Part shown: positions 22,088 through 32,686 of the stretch, piece after piece
How positions within the stretch are numbered: the stretch's first letter is position 1
Layout: every line of letters begins with the position of its first letter
Assembly: GCA_963713925.1 (NCBI GenBank)
Contig: OY970212.1
Span: forward strand, 1,216,001 to 1,280,000
Direction: 5' to 3'
Origin: an uncultured bacterium
Lineage (GTDB): Bacteria; Babelota; Babeliae; Babelales; Vermiphilaceae
DNA: 64,000 nucleotides
Made by a program: the position numbers and the translations under genes
The notes under the pieces: model-generated
Told to the model about the DNA's origin: nothing
Seen by the model: only the letters and a program-made list of their open reading frames with translations
The model's database searches: none

Positions 22088-22521
22088 GAAGAATTATGAA
22101 TGAACATTGGATCAGGTGGGAACCATTACCAGGATTGAAACCTCGTTATTATATTGTTTCCGTTACAGATAACACTAAGGGATTTGAGATCATATTGGAG
22201 ACCATTAATACGGCCGAAAAAGCGGTGAGAATTTTTTTTGAAAATTCCGTTGAATCTTATCGATTGATTGATGAAAGCTATGCCGGTGGTATAGGCCCTA
22301 CAGATGAAAATTCAAAAGAATCATTTGAGCCTTGGTGTTTTTTTAAAATTAAAAATTCTAAATATCTGAAATGGTTTATTGATACGTCTGTAGGAATGGT
22401 CGAAATACGGAAAAGAAACTTCATTCATTTTTCAATCTTGGGCGAAAATTCGTATCTTGATATCATAGCAGATACGAATTCAGAACCTATTGTAGAGTTT
22501 GTAGACCGAACTATTGCGTGA
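22084..22521 (+). CDS. Putative cognate immunity protein
   Basis: Overlaps the toxin stop codon (alternative ATG at 22096); small, acidic and AT-rich. Confidence 0.55.
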   Translation: MRRIMNEHWIRWEPLPGLKPRYYIVSVTDNTKGFEIILETINTAEKAVRIFFENSVESYRLIDESYAGGIGPTDENSKESFEPWCFFKIKNSKYLKWFIDTSVGMVEIRKRNFIHFSILGENSYLDIIADTNSEPIVEFVDRTIA

Positions 22522-22566
22522 CTAACTTTTTTGTCTGCAAGACTACGTGTTCAAGGGTTATTGAAT

Positions 22567-22911
22567 ATGAAATTTGATAATAAATTTTTACAAGATATTA
22601 ACATAAAATTTGGTGATATCTTCATCGATAGTTTTGAAATTAACCCAAGCCTTCCGCTTGAGGGACAAGAACTTGCATTTAGAGAAGATCTTATTCATAT
22701 AACCTTTGGAAAAGGAAATGGCGTTGATGTTGGTTGGTACCCATCAATTAAACCATATGGATTCTTCACAATCATAGTTGTTTGTAATTATGATTGGGAG
22801 AATCCCATATATAAAAAACAATGCAAGTCTTTAGAAGAAATGAAAAAATATCTCCAAGAAGCAATCGATATTGCCGACAAAATGTACCGCTCTCAATATG
22901 AAAATAAATAA
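22567..22911 (+). CDS. Putative orphan immunity protein (DVGWYP motif)
   Basis: Paralog of 23736-24143. Confidence 0.55.
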   Translation: MKFDNKFLQDINIKFGDIFIDSFEINPSLPLEGQELAFREDLIHITFGKGNGVDVGWYPSIKPYGFFTIIVVCNYDWENPIYKKQCKSLEEMKKYLQEAIDIADKMYRSQYENK

Positions 22912-23710
22912 ACTAAAAGAAGTATCTTATGACGACAACGATGCCTATTTTTTAAAAAAATGCGGCCCGTTTATTGGCCTGAATAAATCCTACCGACATT
23001 TTGAAATTTATGATTTTGATTTAAATCGAATCAATCTTATCAATTTTAAAAAAAAGGTTCTCATTACAAGCGATTTTTTTTCCAAAGATGGAAAAAATTG
23101 CGCTTTGTATGATTATGATAATCAGCAATTTGTTTTTTTTGATATCTCACATAACGAAGCATTTTACCTTAAATTGCCCAGACATTTCCACCACGCAATC
23201 TCTTTTTTCTATTTTTGGATAAAGGATACTTTGGTCATCGTGTGCGAAAATGGAAAATTACTCAAAATAAGCGACAAAAAAATTCCATCAATCTTGGATC
23301 AAGAGGTTGCTCGATCGTCTTTTCCCGATATTTATGATTTTGTTGCATATACAAAAAAATATGAGAGAATTTTTCAAATCAGCTACGAACTTAAAAGTTT
23401 CATATCCGCTGAAAATGGCATTATAACATTTCACAACCTTAGCGAAAATAGAACATTTACCACGTCCGAGCCTAATAATAATTATCATGACATCATATTT
23501 TCGAACGGCTTTTTTGCTATTATTGCCGAAAAAGAAATCATTATTAAAAATGAACAAGATGCTCAAATTATTCCCACAAAAGACTTGGAATGGTTTTTAC
23601 GAGGCGTCTTCATAAACGAGGAAAATAAATTATTTTTTTATCTTCTTTCAAGCAACTTTGCTAATCATCGTCTATCTAAAATCATGCAATACGAGATTCA
23701 ATTAACTTAA
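22898..23710 (+). CDS. Hypothetical beta-rich protein in the immunity array
   Basis: Long AT-rich ORF overlapping the previous gene. Confidence 0.5.
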   Translation: MKINKLKEVSYDDNDAYFLKKCGPFIGLNKSYRHFEIYDFDLNRINLINFKKKVLITSDFFSKDGKNCALYDYDNQQFVFFDISHNEAFYLKLPRHFHHAISFFYFWIKDTLVIVCENGKLLKISDKKIPSILDQEVARSSFPDIYDFVAYTKKYERIFQISYELKSFISAENGIITFHNLSENRTFTTSEPNNNYHDIIFSNGFFAIIAEKEIIIKNEQDAQIIPTKDLEWFLRGVFINEENKLFFYLLSSNFANHRLSKIMQYEIQLT

Positions 23711-23735
23711 CAATTTTTATGTCTGGAACTTTCAC

Positions 23736-24143
23736 ATGTCTAAAAAAAGACATTTTCAAAGCAAACATTTGGCCGATATTGATCTGAAATCAGGCAAACT
23801 TGAATGGGATAGTTTTGCAGTTGATCCAACAATCCCATATGAAGATCAAGAGTTTGAACTCAGTTGTTGTTTGATTCTAATCGGATTCGGAAAAAAAAAT
23901 TGCGTTGATGTTGGCTGGTACCCCGAATTCAATACAAAAGGATCATTCCGAGTCGTTGTTATTCTTAATTCCGATTGGGACAATCCTGTTTATGACAGAT
24001 GGTGTAAAGCTTTCAAATCACTCAAAAAATGCTTACAAGAAGCGATCAACATTGCCGATCAAATCTATAATTATAAACGAGGAATTAACATCACGGAATT
24101 TTATGAGCCGGGAGATCAAATCGATCCTTCAATACTCGCATAA
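23736..24143 (+). CDS. Putative orphan immunity protein (DVGWYP motif)
   Basis: Shares DSF..P..P.E.QE, FGK.N.VDVGWYP, DW.NP.Y and LQEAI.IAD with 22567-22911. Confidence 0.55.
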   Translation: MSKKRHFQSKHLADIDLKSGKLEWDSFAVDPTIPYEDQEFELSCCLILIGFGKKNCVDVGWYPEFNTKGSFRVVVILNSDWDNPVYDRWCKAFKSLKKCLQEAINIADQIYNYKRGINITEFYEPGDQIDPSILA

Positions 24144-24166
24144 TGTCCTAAAAAAGGAGCTTTCCA

Positions 24167-25768
24167 ATGAAGCCACATACCCCTCTTGCACTTGTTATCC
24201 TCGACGGATTCGGCATTGCCGAACCCAATCCAGGCAATGCGGTAACCAGTGCAAAAACTCCCACTTTAGATCAATTGATGAAAAACTATCCTCACACGCA
24301 GCTGAAAGCAAGCGGCAGCGCAGTGGGACTGCCTGATGGAGTTGTTGGCAACTCCGAAGTTGGACATATGACCATTGGCACAGGACAGATCATTAAACAG
24401 GCGTTGACGATTATTAACGATGCAATCGCCGACGGATCCTTTTTTACCAATGAGCGGCTCATGCGTCCACTCAAACAGCTTGCGCTCAGTGGCAAGACTT
24501 CGCATATTATCGGTCTTTTGTCTGATGCCGGTGTACATGGAACCATGAATCATTTGATTGCCTATGCTCAGGCTGCTGAAAGTGCCGGCGTAAAAAAGAT
24601 TGTCATTCATCCCATTTTAGATGGTCGAGATGTTCCACCCAAAAGCGCTGCACACTATTTGACCGATCTTGAAAAAGAATTGCAGAATATCCCTCATGCT
24701 CATATTGGAACTCTCAGTGGTAGATTTTATGCAATGGACCGCAATCGCAACTGGGATCGCACCTGCAAAACATATGAAGCACTAAAAACCCCAAATCTTT
24801 ACCCAAATTTCACTCTGTTCCATTTGGGACCCGAACACAGTATGAGGGGGGTAAGTTCGTGGCAAAAAACTCTTGATGCCTGGTATGCCACTGGTGAAAG
24901 TGAAGAATTTCTTCCACCGATCACACTATCCCATTTTGTCATTGAATCGGGTGATGGTGTAATTCTGGCAAACTTTCGCCCCGAGCGCATGCGGCAGCTT
25001 TATGACCTTTTGACTGGACAAGCGCCAACAAATTGCGCACAACCGACTGTTAACCTTTCTTTCTGCCTGACAGCCGTCAAATATACGGACTCAGATACTT
25101 CTGCATTGTTTGAAATTGAAAAACCATCCGTGCTTCACTTGTCCGGGCGTTCAGCTCGGCAAGTTACGCAGGACAGGACAACCCTCAAGCAGGAATTAAG
25201 CAAAGCAGGTTATTCGATCTTCTCAATTGCGGAAACTGAAAAATACGCACATGTCACCTATTTTTTTGATGCGGGAAACGATAAACCATACCCTCATGAG
25301 CAACAGATATTAATTCCTTCAATAAAAGCGCGAACATACATTGATTATCCGTGCATGTCTGCCCCTGAAATCACGCAGGCTGTGATTCATTCACTTGAAA
25401 ACAACCCGGCCGATTTTTATTTGATTAACTATGCAAATGGAGACATGGTTGGCCATTCAGGCTCATTGCCCGCAGCAATCAAAGCAGTCGAATGTTTGGA
25501 TAAGCAAATAGGAGATTTGTATCGTGAATTTGTGCAAAAAAGAAATGGCGTCTTAATTATCACTGCCGATCATGGCAATGTCGAAAAGATGATCGATGAA
25601 CATGGCAATCCTGACACTGCACATACGACAAATGATGTTCCATTCATTATTGTGAGTAAAAACAGCAAACAATATTCGCTTGATGGTTTGCATGGACTTT
25701 CCGATATTGCACCATTTATTTTGCATATGTTAGACCTAACAACTCCAAAGATAATGCAAAGGACCTGA
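24167..25768 (+). CDS. gpmI: 2,3-bisphosphoglycerate-independent phosphoglycerate mutase carrying repeat-derived insertions
   Basis: ILDGFG, GNSEVGH, GRFYAMDR, AETEKYAHVT, DMVGHSG and TADHGN. Confidence 0.96.
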   Translation: MKPHTPLALVILDGFGIAEPNPGNAVTSAKTPTLDQLMKNYPHTQLKASGSAVGLPDGVVGNSEVGHMTIGTGQIIKQALTIINDAIADGSFFTNERLMRPLKQLALSGKTSHIIGLLSDAGVHGTMNHLIAYAQAAESAGVKKIVIHPILDGRDVPPKSAAHYLTDLEKELQNIPHAHIGTLSGRFYAMDRNRNWDRTCKTYEALKTPNLYPNFTLFHLGPEHSMRGVSSWQKTLDAWYATGESEEFLPPITLSHFVIESGDGVILANFRPERMRQLYDLLTGQAPTNCAQPTVNLSFCLTAVKYTDSDTSALFEIEKPSVLHLSGRSARQVTQDRTTLKQELSKAGYSIFSIAETEKYAHVTYFFDAGNDKPYPHEQQILIPSIKARTYIDYPCMSAPEITQAVIHSLENNPADFYLINYANGDMVGHSGSLPAAIKAVECLDKQIGDLYREFVQKRNGVLIITADHGNVEKMIDEHGNPDTAHTTNDVPFIIVSKNSKQYSLDGLHGLSDIAPFILHMLDLTTPKIMQRT

Positions 25769-25784
25769 GAAATCAGGCCTTTGC

Positions 25785-26351
25785 TTATTTTACTGGTTTT
25801 GCATAATAGACAAAGGAATTATCTCTTCGAGTTTCTTTAAAGCCCTTTTTGAGATACACCTTTTGTGCGCGAACATTTTCAAGGCGAGTGCCGAGAGTCA
25901 CTTCCGAAACGCCCTCTTTGGCCATGTGATCAATAGCATAATCGATTAATTTTTGAGCATAACCTTGCCCACGATATTCGGGACGCACTGCCAAGAAATT
26001 GATAAAGCCTTCATAAAAATTTTTCACATAATAGGCTGTAAATCCAACGAATTTTCCATCTTTTCGCGCGACAATGATCTTATATTGTCCTGCATAACTT
26101 GGGTCACGGGGAGATAAATTGATAAGCATATTATCAACAGAGAAGCCTTCTCCCTCAACAAGCCACCACCAATCTTCTTTCATGAGCTTTCTAATGTCAT
26201 CCGAATCTCGCTTATAATCGAAAACAAAAAGATCAGAATAATCACGACTGATGGTCGGAGTGCTTTTAAAGGTATACAAACCTATAATGCCCACACTTAC
26301 TGCAGTCAATAAAAGCAGGGCACTTAAAAATATTTTTTTTGTAAAATTCAT
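25785..26351 (-). CDS. GNAT acetyltransferase with N-terminal membrane anchor
   Basis: LAVRPEYRGQGYA and NVRAQKVYLKKGF. Confidence 0.85.
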   Translation of the reverse strand: MNFTKKIFLSALLLLTAVSVGIIGLYTFKSTPTISRDYSDLFVFDYKRDSDDIRKLMKEDWWWLVEGEGFSVDNMLINLSPRDPSYAGQYKIIVARKDGKFVGFTAYYVKNFYEGFINFLAVRPEYRGQGYAQKLIDYAIDHMAKEGVSEVTLGTRLENVRAQKVYLKKGFKETRRDNSFVYYAKPVK

Positions 26352-26442
26352 AGCATTCCTATTGGAAAAATATATGCATCAGTGTAGATATTTTGTACTG
26401 TGCTTGCAAATAGATTATCAAAGTAGCATTTCTGCGTGGAGA

Positions 26443-26790
26443 CTAATCTTTAATCACTCTCACCCACACAGGAACTATCCCATATGAATGTAACTCATGT
26501 GTAAAACACTCTCCCGCATCCTCGGGAACTGTAATTGAAACGCTTGTATACGTAATGTACACGTGCCACCCTCTATCAGAAGCATTTTGCTTAATTCCCC
26601 AAATATATTGGGATTTGCTTGGTGGAATGGGCAATTCGGCATGATACTCAATTGGATAACCTTCCCATTTTAAAATCAAATTTTGAGTGATTGATTCGGG
26701 CGTCATGACATCTTGACCCATAACCCATGGCAGCATCGAACAAATCGGTAAAGTGTTCATGAGAAGGGTTATAATAATAATTTTTTTCAT
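26443..26790 (-). CDS. Hypothetical secreted protein
   Basis: MKKIIIITLL signal peptide. Confidence 0.55.
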   Translation of the reverse strand: MKKIIIITLLMNTLPICSMLPWVMGQDVMTPESITQNLILKWEGYPIEYHAELPIPPSKSQYIWGIKQNASDRGWHVYITYTSVSITVPEDAGECFTHELHSYGIVPVWVRVIKD

Positions 26791-26801
26791 AGATGACGTC
26801 T

Positions 26802-27125
26802 TTACGATTGCCGTAACGGCTTTGTGGTAATTAATCTTAATTTTTCAGACACTACGTCCATTTCTTCTCGAGAAACAATAGCAAATATTGAAACTACTCT
26901 GCTTTCTACAGGCCAATCTGTTCTTAGGCTTCCGCGATTCATAAAACTACAAGTCGCACGTGCTTCATCTAACATTTTTGTCACTTTAGGAAGCTCATTT
27001 CTCTTGAATGAAAATGGTTTCTCCCGTGCATCTGAATTTTGTATAAATACACTAAATTCCTCTTGATTGTCGGAGCATCGGCTCATTCCGGTAGATACAA
27101 TAAGACAAAAAATAATTTGTAGCAT
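26802..27125 (-). CDS. Hypothetical secreted protein
   Basis: GAGGTG RBS before ATG 27125; hydrophobic N-terminus. Confidence 0.5.
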   Translation of the reverse strand: MLQIIFCLIVSTGMSRCSDNQEEFSVFIQNSDAREKPFSFKRNELPKVTKMLDEARATCSFMNRGSLRTDWPVESRVVSIFAIVSREEMDVVSEKLRLITTKPLRQS

Positions 27126-27129
27126 AGCT

Positions 27130-27876
27130 TCACCTCTTATAGCGCACCTTATACAATAATAAACCTTGTGCCGGAGCATTTATAAGTTCTTGACGAGCAT
27201 TTTTTTCTTCGAATGCTTGCATGATCAGTTCTGACGAACGCTTCTTTGAAATCGCAATGCTCATTGCCGCTCCCACCATACGACGAATCATGTGTCGCAT
27301 AAACGTATGCCCGACAACGGTAACTCGGTATACATCATACCGACGAAAATAATGCATATCAATGGATTGAATAGTTCGCACTGTATCTTCTCGCTGATCA
27401 TCTTGGCAGCGAAATGAAGCAAAATCATGTGTTCCGACAAATAAATGCAGTGAGTCTCGCAGCTTCTGTTCATCAACATCGTGCCGCACGTGCCAGCCAT
27501 AGGGAGCCATCATGGGCAACGGTCTGTTTTGGAAAAAATGATACTGATATATTTTTTGAGTCACATCATCGTACAAATCAAAATCATCGGAAGCAATCTC
27601 AGCAGAGCGAATTAAAATGTCTGCAGGCAGACGATTGTTGAGCGCAAATTTGAGTCGCTCAGGATCAACGATAATTTCAGTCTTGAGGAGAGCAACTTGC
27701 CCAAGCGCGTGCACACCCGCATCAGTGCGCGAGACACCTTTTACTTTACACGGAGTTGAAAAGATTTTTTCAAATGTTTTGGAAATTTCAGATGAAACGG
27801 ATGGCAGGCTTGTTTGTGCCTGCCATCCAAAATAGTGTGTGCCCGAGTAGGCTATGAGAAGTTTGTAGTGAAACAT
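27130..27876 (-). CDS. truA: tRNA pseudouridine(38-40) synthase
   Basis: AYSGTHYFGWQ, SRTDAGVHA, GTHDFASF and FMRHMIRRMVG. Confidence 0.95.
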   Translation of the reverse strand: MFHYKLLIAYSGTHYFGWQAQTSLPSVSSEISKTFEKIFSTPCKVKGVSRTDAGVHALGQVALLKTEIIVDPERLKFALNNRLPADILIRSAEIASDDFDLYDDVTQKIYQYHFFQNRPLPMMAPYGWHVRHDVDEQKLRDSLHLFVGTHDFASFRCQDDQREDTVRTIQSIDMHYFRRYDVYRVTVVGHTFMRHMIRRMVGAAMSIAISKKRSSELIMQAFEEKNARQELINAPAQGLLLYKVRYKR

Positions 27877-28203
27877 AGAGAGCCGTTTTATATATCAATG
27901 CTTACCAATTTGAGAAATATATTTATAAAATTTTGATGTTTTTTTAAGACAATGCTTCTAATCATACTATTTTTGTTTTCTCTGAATTTGCGCTTGGATT
28001 TTCTTCAAATCGGGAAAAAGTTCATTGAGTCTAATATCGTTATCTCTTAAATGGCTTATTAATTTAACAATACCATCAATCTCTTTCTGAGGTCTCCCCG
28101 CAAAAAACTTTTTAAAATCTTTTTCATTATCTTCCATAAGCTTGGCTCAGACATAACATTGGTTCCATGCTGCTTAATAAAGTTAATAAATCGGGCGTGG
28201 TAT

Positions 28204-28551
28204 TCATCCAAGAGTATTAAGCGCCTTACGCAATCGTTCTGCTTGAATTGTATTGTTGATTACCACATCGCCTATAACCGATGATTTTATTTTTTTGAAC
28301 GGATCAGCTTCAACGTAACGAACTGTTACGCCAAGATCTGCAAGAGCACTGTTGAGCGGATTCCAATCATTGTGTCGTAGAGATACATGCGCTGACCACG
28401 CATAATACACTTCGTTATCAGCACCAATGCCAGGATCATATGCTATTGCACGTACACCGAGTTTAAAGGGAATCATTGCTTGACTTGCGATGCTTGCTTG
28501 AACGAAGAAAATGGAGAAAACAAATAACAATTTACATTTCATAAAAATCAA
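28204..28551 (-). CDS. Hypothetical secreted protein
   Basis: GGAGG RBS and signal peptide. Confidence 0.55.
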   Translation of the reverse strand: MIFMKCKLLFVFSIFFVQASIASQAMIPFKLGVRAIAYDPGIGADNEVYYAWSAHVSLRHNDWNPLNSALADLGVTVRYVEADPFKKIKSSVIGDVVINNTIQAERLRKALNTLG

Positions 28552-28569
28552 CCTCCAAGGCTATCGCAC

Positions 28570-29058
28570 CTAATTATTTTTGCACTTTAATTCTAGTAGT
28601 TTTTCGATTAAGTCGCGATCATCTTTGTATTTTTCTTTAAAACCTCGAAGATTTTCTTCAGCCGATTCAATAATCTCCGGACTTGAATGCCGCTCTATCC
28701 CACGCATATTTATGAAATTAACCAGGTTGTAATGATACTCCGCGGGGAGTCTAACTACTCCCCCCATAACGGTCACTTTAGAAAAATCGGTTTTATTTGT
28801 TAAGCGATTGATCGATCCATATTCATTGACAACTATGATCTTATTTTTAAACAAAAATAAAAAACAACAGAGTTGCATACGATTGACATTTTTATTGAGC
28901 TTGAACTTGTACGTAGCAAATGGTTTACCTACGGAAATGTCCTCATCTGCAGCTCCGGCAACTTCAAGAGATACTGTACAAGATCCCTTCAAAAACTGCT
29001 CGGAAGCAGAGCAATTCAACGAAAGAAAACAAGAGAAAAAAATAATATGCAATTTCAT
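28570..29058 (-). CDS. Hypothetical secreted protein
   Basis: GGAGG RBS before ATG 29058 and signal peptide. Confidence 0.55.
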   Translation of the reverse strand: MKLHIIFFSCFLSLNCSASEQFLKGSCTVSLEVAGAADEDISVGKPFATYKFKLNKNVNRMQLCCFLFLFKNKIIVVNEYGSINRLTNKTDFSKVTVMGGVVRLPAEYHYNLVNFINMRGIERHSSPEIIESAEENLRGFKEKYKDDRDLIEKLLELKCKNN

Positions 29059-29101
29059 AAAAATATAACCTCCATCATTTTGATACATTAAAAATCGCCC
29101 G

Positions 29102-30895
29102 TTATCGCAACGCCGCGCGCAAGACTTTCTTACGCAGACGGATGCTGAGCGGAGTCACTTCAATAAGTTCATCCGGTTTGATCCATTCCATACATTGCTC
29201 AAGTTCCATTTTTTTTGCTGGAGCAAGTCGTACTTGATCATCAGTTCCTGATGCACGCATGTTGGTCAATTTCTTCAACTTGCATGGATTTACATCAAGA
29301 TCGTTGTCTCGAGCACATTCTCCAACAATTTGACCTTCGTAAATCTGATCGGTTGGCTCAACAAACAATGTTCCTCGCTCTTGCAAGGTATCAAGCGCGA
29401 ATGCTGTTACCTGACCTTGTTCGATTGAAACAAGCGCACCTTTTGTACGAGTTGGAATTTCACCTTTGTATGGTTGGTAGCCATGGAAGCTCATGGTCAA
29501 GAGGCCGGTTCCACGCGTATCGGTTAAAAACTGTCCACGGAAACCAATAAGCGCACGTGATGGAATTAAATATTCAAGACGCACACGACCATTATCATAC
29601 GTTGCCATATGTTTCATATCGCCTTTGCGACGACCCATATTTTCCATAACCGCGCCTTGATATTCTGCAGGCACATCTATCACAACAAATTCAATCGGTT
29701 CATTTTTAACGCCGTCAATTGTTTTATAAATAACTTCAGGTGCTGAAACTTGCATTTCAAACCCTTCACGGCGCATGGTTTCAATCAAAATACCCAAATG
29801 CATTTGTCCACGACCGGAAAGCTTGAATGCGTCTGCAGATTGTGTCGGCTCAACACGAAGTGCAACGTTTGTTTTAAGTTCTTTTTCAAGACGATCTTTG
29901 ATCTGACGTGAGGTAAGCAACTTGCCTTCTCTGCCGTTGAATGGAGAATCGTTTACCGACATATACATCGAAACAGTAGGCTCATCCACCTTTACATATG
30001 GATACGGAGCCGGATGCTCAACATCACAGAGCGTTGTTCCGATTGAAGTCGGCTCATTAAACCCGGTTACGGCAACAATATCGCCATATTTTGCTTCGGG
30101 AGTTTCAACTTTTGCGAGCCCGATAAATTTAAAAATTTTGGTGATTTTAATAGGTTTGCTGACAAACTCATCTTTACACATAATGACTTGGCTGCCGACC
30201 TTCATGCTGCCGCTGAAAATACGGCCAACTGCAATGGGCCCCAAGAAATCGGAGTGGTCAAGATTGGTAACGAGCATTTGCAATGTATCAATTTTAGGGG
30301 AAGGAGCAGGAACATGCCCAACAATTGCTTCAAAGAGCGGTTGCATGGTTCCTTCACGCTTGGTTGAATCTTGAGACGCATAACCAAAACGAGACGATCC
30401 GTAAAACACCGGAAAATCTAACTGACTTTCATCTGTAGCTAAATCTAAAAACAGGTCATGCACCAAGCCTTCAGTGCGTGCAATGTCTGCATCTTTACGG
30501 TCAATTTTGTTAATTACCACGATTGGCTTAAGCCCGAGCGCCAAGGCTTTTTGCAACACAAAACGGGTTCCTGGCAATACACCTTCAGCGGCATCGACAA
30601 TTAAAAGGAAACCTTCGACCATCTGCAATGTTCGTTCAACTTCTCCACCAAAGTCACTGTGACCGGGGGTGTCTACGATATTAATGGTATATCCGTTCCA
30701 GGTTATACCGGTATTTTTTGCCAAAATGGTAATACCGCGTTCACGCTCAAGATCATTTGAGTCCATGACACGCTCGGTCTGCATATCCTGCAGGGTGCCT
30801 GATTGGCGTAAAAGTTGGTCGACGAGGGTCGTTTTTCCATGGTCAACGTGAGCAATGATAGCGACGTTACGAACATCTGTACGTTTTGTATTCAT
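29102..30895 (-). CDS. typA: Translational GTPase TypA/BipA
   Basis: [32 protein letters not shown] and [10 protein letters not shown]. Confidence 0.98.
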   Translation of the reverse strand: MNTKRTDVRNVAIIAHVDHGKTTLVDQLLRQSGTLQDMQTERVMDSNDLERERGITILAKNTGITWNGYTINIVDTPGHSDFGGEVERTLQMVEGFLLIVDAAEGVLPGTRFVLQKALALGLKPIVVINKIDRKDADIARTEGLVHDLFLDLATDESQLDFPVFYGSSRFGYASQDSTKREGTMQPLFEAIVGHVPAPSPKIDTLQMLVTNLDHSDFLGPIAVGRIFSGSMKVGSQVIMCKDEFVSKPIKITKIFKFIGLAKVETPEAKYGDIVAVTGFNEPTSIGTTLCDVEHPAPYPYVKVDEPTVSMYMSVNDSPFNGREGKLLTSRQIKDRLEKELKTNVALRVEPTQSADAFKLSGRGQMHLGILIETMRREGFEMQVSAPEVIYKTIDGVKNEPIEFVVIDVPAEYQGAVMENMGRRKGDMKHMATYDNGRVRLEYLIPSRALIGFRGQFLTDTRGTGLLTMSFHGYQPYKGEIPTRTKGALVSIEQGQVTAFALDTLQERGTLFVEPTDQIYEGQIVGECARDNDLDVNPCKLKKLTNMRASGTDDQVRLAPAKKMELEQCMEWIKPDELIEVTPLSIRLRKKVLRAALR

Positions 30896-31044
30896 AGGTA
30901 TTGGGATCTCCAAGTTCAAAAGAGGCAATGGGCAATCGATGTGCCCATTGTAAAAAGCTTTTCTTAATTTCTATTCTAACATTAGAAATTCAAATTGCAT
31001 AGAGGATTATTGGGACCCAAGCGTAACTCATGGAGCTTGGGATA

Positions 31045-31080
31045 AAAAAAGGGTCCACCTGAAAAAGTGAACCCTTTTTT
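31045..31080. terminator. Intrinsic terminator downstream of rpsR
   Basis: AAAAAAGGGTcCAC..GTGaACCCTTTTTT hairpin. Confidence 0.75.
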
Positions 31081-31107
31081 ATGTAATCTGAGACTACCGT
31101 GAAAATC

Positions 31108-31395
31108 TTAGATTGTTGGTGCTGCGTATGGAAGAAGTCCCATAACACGAGCTTTTCTGATTTCACGAGCCAACAAACGTTGGTATTTTGCACAATTGCC
31201 CGAAATTCGGGATGACAATATTTTGCCACGCTCTGTTAAAAAGCCGCGCAAAAACTGAGCATTTTTGTAATCAATCATAGCAACCATTTCCGGGTTATTG
31301 GAAAAACGGCAATGCTTGCTCGAACCGAAACCTTGGCGACGGTTTCTTTTTTTGAGGAGTCGGGCACTAATTTTAAGTTTGATTTTCTTTGTCAT
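31108..31395 (-). CDS. rpsR: 30S ribosomal protein S18
   Basis: IDYKN..L..F.TERGKIL.SRISG.CAKYQR...IRKAR..GLLPY. Confidence 0.96.
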   Translation of the reverse strand: MTKKIKLKISARLLKKRNRRQGFGSSKHCRFSNNPEMVAMIDYKNAQFLRGFLTERGKILSSRISGNCAKYQRLLAREIRKARVMGLLPYAAPTI

Positions 31396-31494
31396 AATCG
31401 TTTCCTTTACCCAATTTCTTACCCAAATTTCGCTTAAGCTTCATTTGGGGCCCTATTTTTCAATTTAGGCTTGGGACCAAAATCTATAATAAAT

Positions 31495-31914
31495 TTACGC
31501 TTCGAGATCTTGCATATCGTCTGAACTGCTGGCAGCATTTCTTTCCGCAGCCGCTGCTGATTCACGAGAAGGAACTTCTTCTAGTGATTGAGGGCGATGG
31601 TATGCCAAAGAGGCAGTTGCAGGAAGAACATTGACCATATCGCGCATAACAGTATCATTGAGCTTTACAATCATGAGGTTTTTGACTGCTGATACGATCG
31701 CAGCATTTTTTTCAGCTTCAAAGCGAGCCAAGAAATAAACGCCATATTCATTTTTTTTGATCGGGTATGCTAAGCGATATTTTCCCCATCGCTCGAATGA
31801 AATCATGGAACCCTTATTTTCAGCAACCACTCGAGAGATCTGAGACTCTATATTTTTAGCCTCATCCTGAGTAAGCGTAGGAACGGCAAGCACTAATGCT
31901 TCGTAACGTACCAT
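31495..31914 (-). CDS. rpsF: 30S ribosomal protein S6
   Basis: RYE and WGKYRLAYPIKK.EYGVY; acidic tail. Confidence 0.95.
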   Translation of the reverse strand: MVRYEALVLAVPTLTQDEAKNIESQISRVVAENKGSMISFERWGKYRLAYPIKKNEYGVYFLARFEAEKNAAIVSAVKNLMIVKLNDTVMRDMVNVLPATASLAYHRPQSLEEVPSRESAAAAERNAASSSDDMQDLEA

Positions 31915-32038
31915 AATTGGTAACTCCTGGAAGTGTGAATAACACTATAAAGCACTAAAGCGCCGCTTTATTTAACGCAAAGTCTAACAAAGACTCATGT
32001 ATTAAATGTAACAAAAATAGGCTAAATTACTAGGTTTT

Positions 32039-32686
32039 TTAGAAAATCATGTATATGAAAAAGACCAACATTCCCGTTGCCAACATTCCATCCATACGGT
32101 CCAAGAGCCCTCCATGGCCAGGCAGCAAGTTGCCTGAATCTTTTACCCCTGCCTTACGCTTAATCCACGATTCAAAAAGGTCTCCCGCAAGAGCCGCCAC
32201 CGAAAGGAGAATACCGACAACGCTTACCGCTATAACGCCCTCTAAGCTTGAAGCTGTCCGTATAAAAGCATACACGTTAAGGGATATCACTACCGCCAAC
32301 AATCCTGATAAAAACCCTTCAACCGTTTTCCCGGGGCTAATTGAGGGGGCTATGGGCGTTTTACCCCATCGTTTTCCTGCAAGATAGCTTGTAGTATCAA
32401 AGAGAGGGGTCCATATAAAAATCAAGCTTGATTGAGGGTGAAAATACTGATTCAAATAAATCAGTATCAAGCAGGGAAAAACGGGATATATCAGGCCTGT
32501 AAGGATCCAAGGGACAGGGCATTTGTTCTGCAGTTGTGGCCATTCAACAAGATACATATAAAGAGCCGCAACACCTAAGAGCACTGAAAAATAAATAGGC
32601 GGCAATATAAAGAGAAAGAGAATCAACCCTCCGATGAGCACCAATGATGTCACAACCCGATAAAAAAATTCTGAGGCTATCATCAT
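32039..32686 (-). CDS. cdsA: Phosphatidate cytidylyltransferase
   Basis: ISPGKTVEG and GDLFESWIKRKAGVKDSGNLLPGHGGLLDRMD. Confidence 0.95.
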   Translation of the reverse strand: MMIASEFFYRVVTSLVLIGGLILFLFILPPIYFSVLLGVAALYMYLVEWPQLQNKCPVPWILTGLIYPVFPCLILIYLNQYFHPQSSLIFIWTPLFDTTSYLAGKRWGKTPIAPSISPGKTVEGFLSGLLAVVISLNVYAFIRTASSLEGVIAVSVVGILLSVAALAGDLFESWIKRKAGVKDSGNLLPGHGGLLDRMDGMLATGMLVFFIYMIF

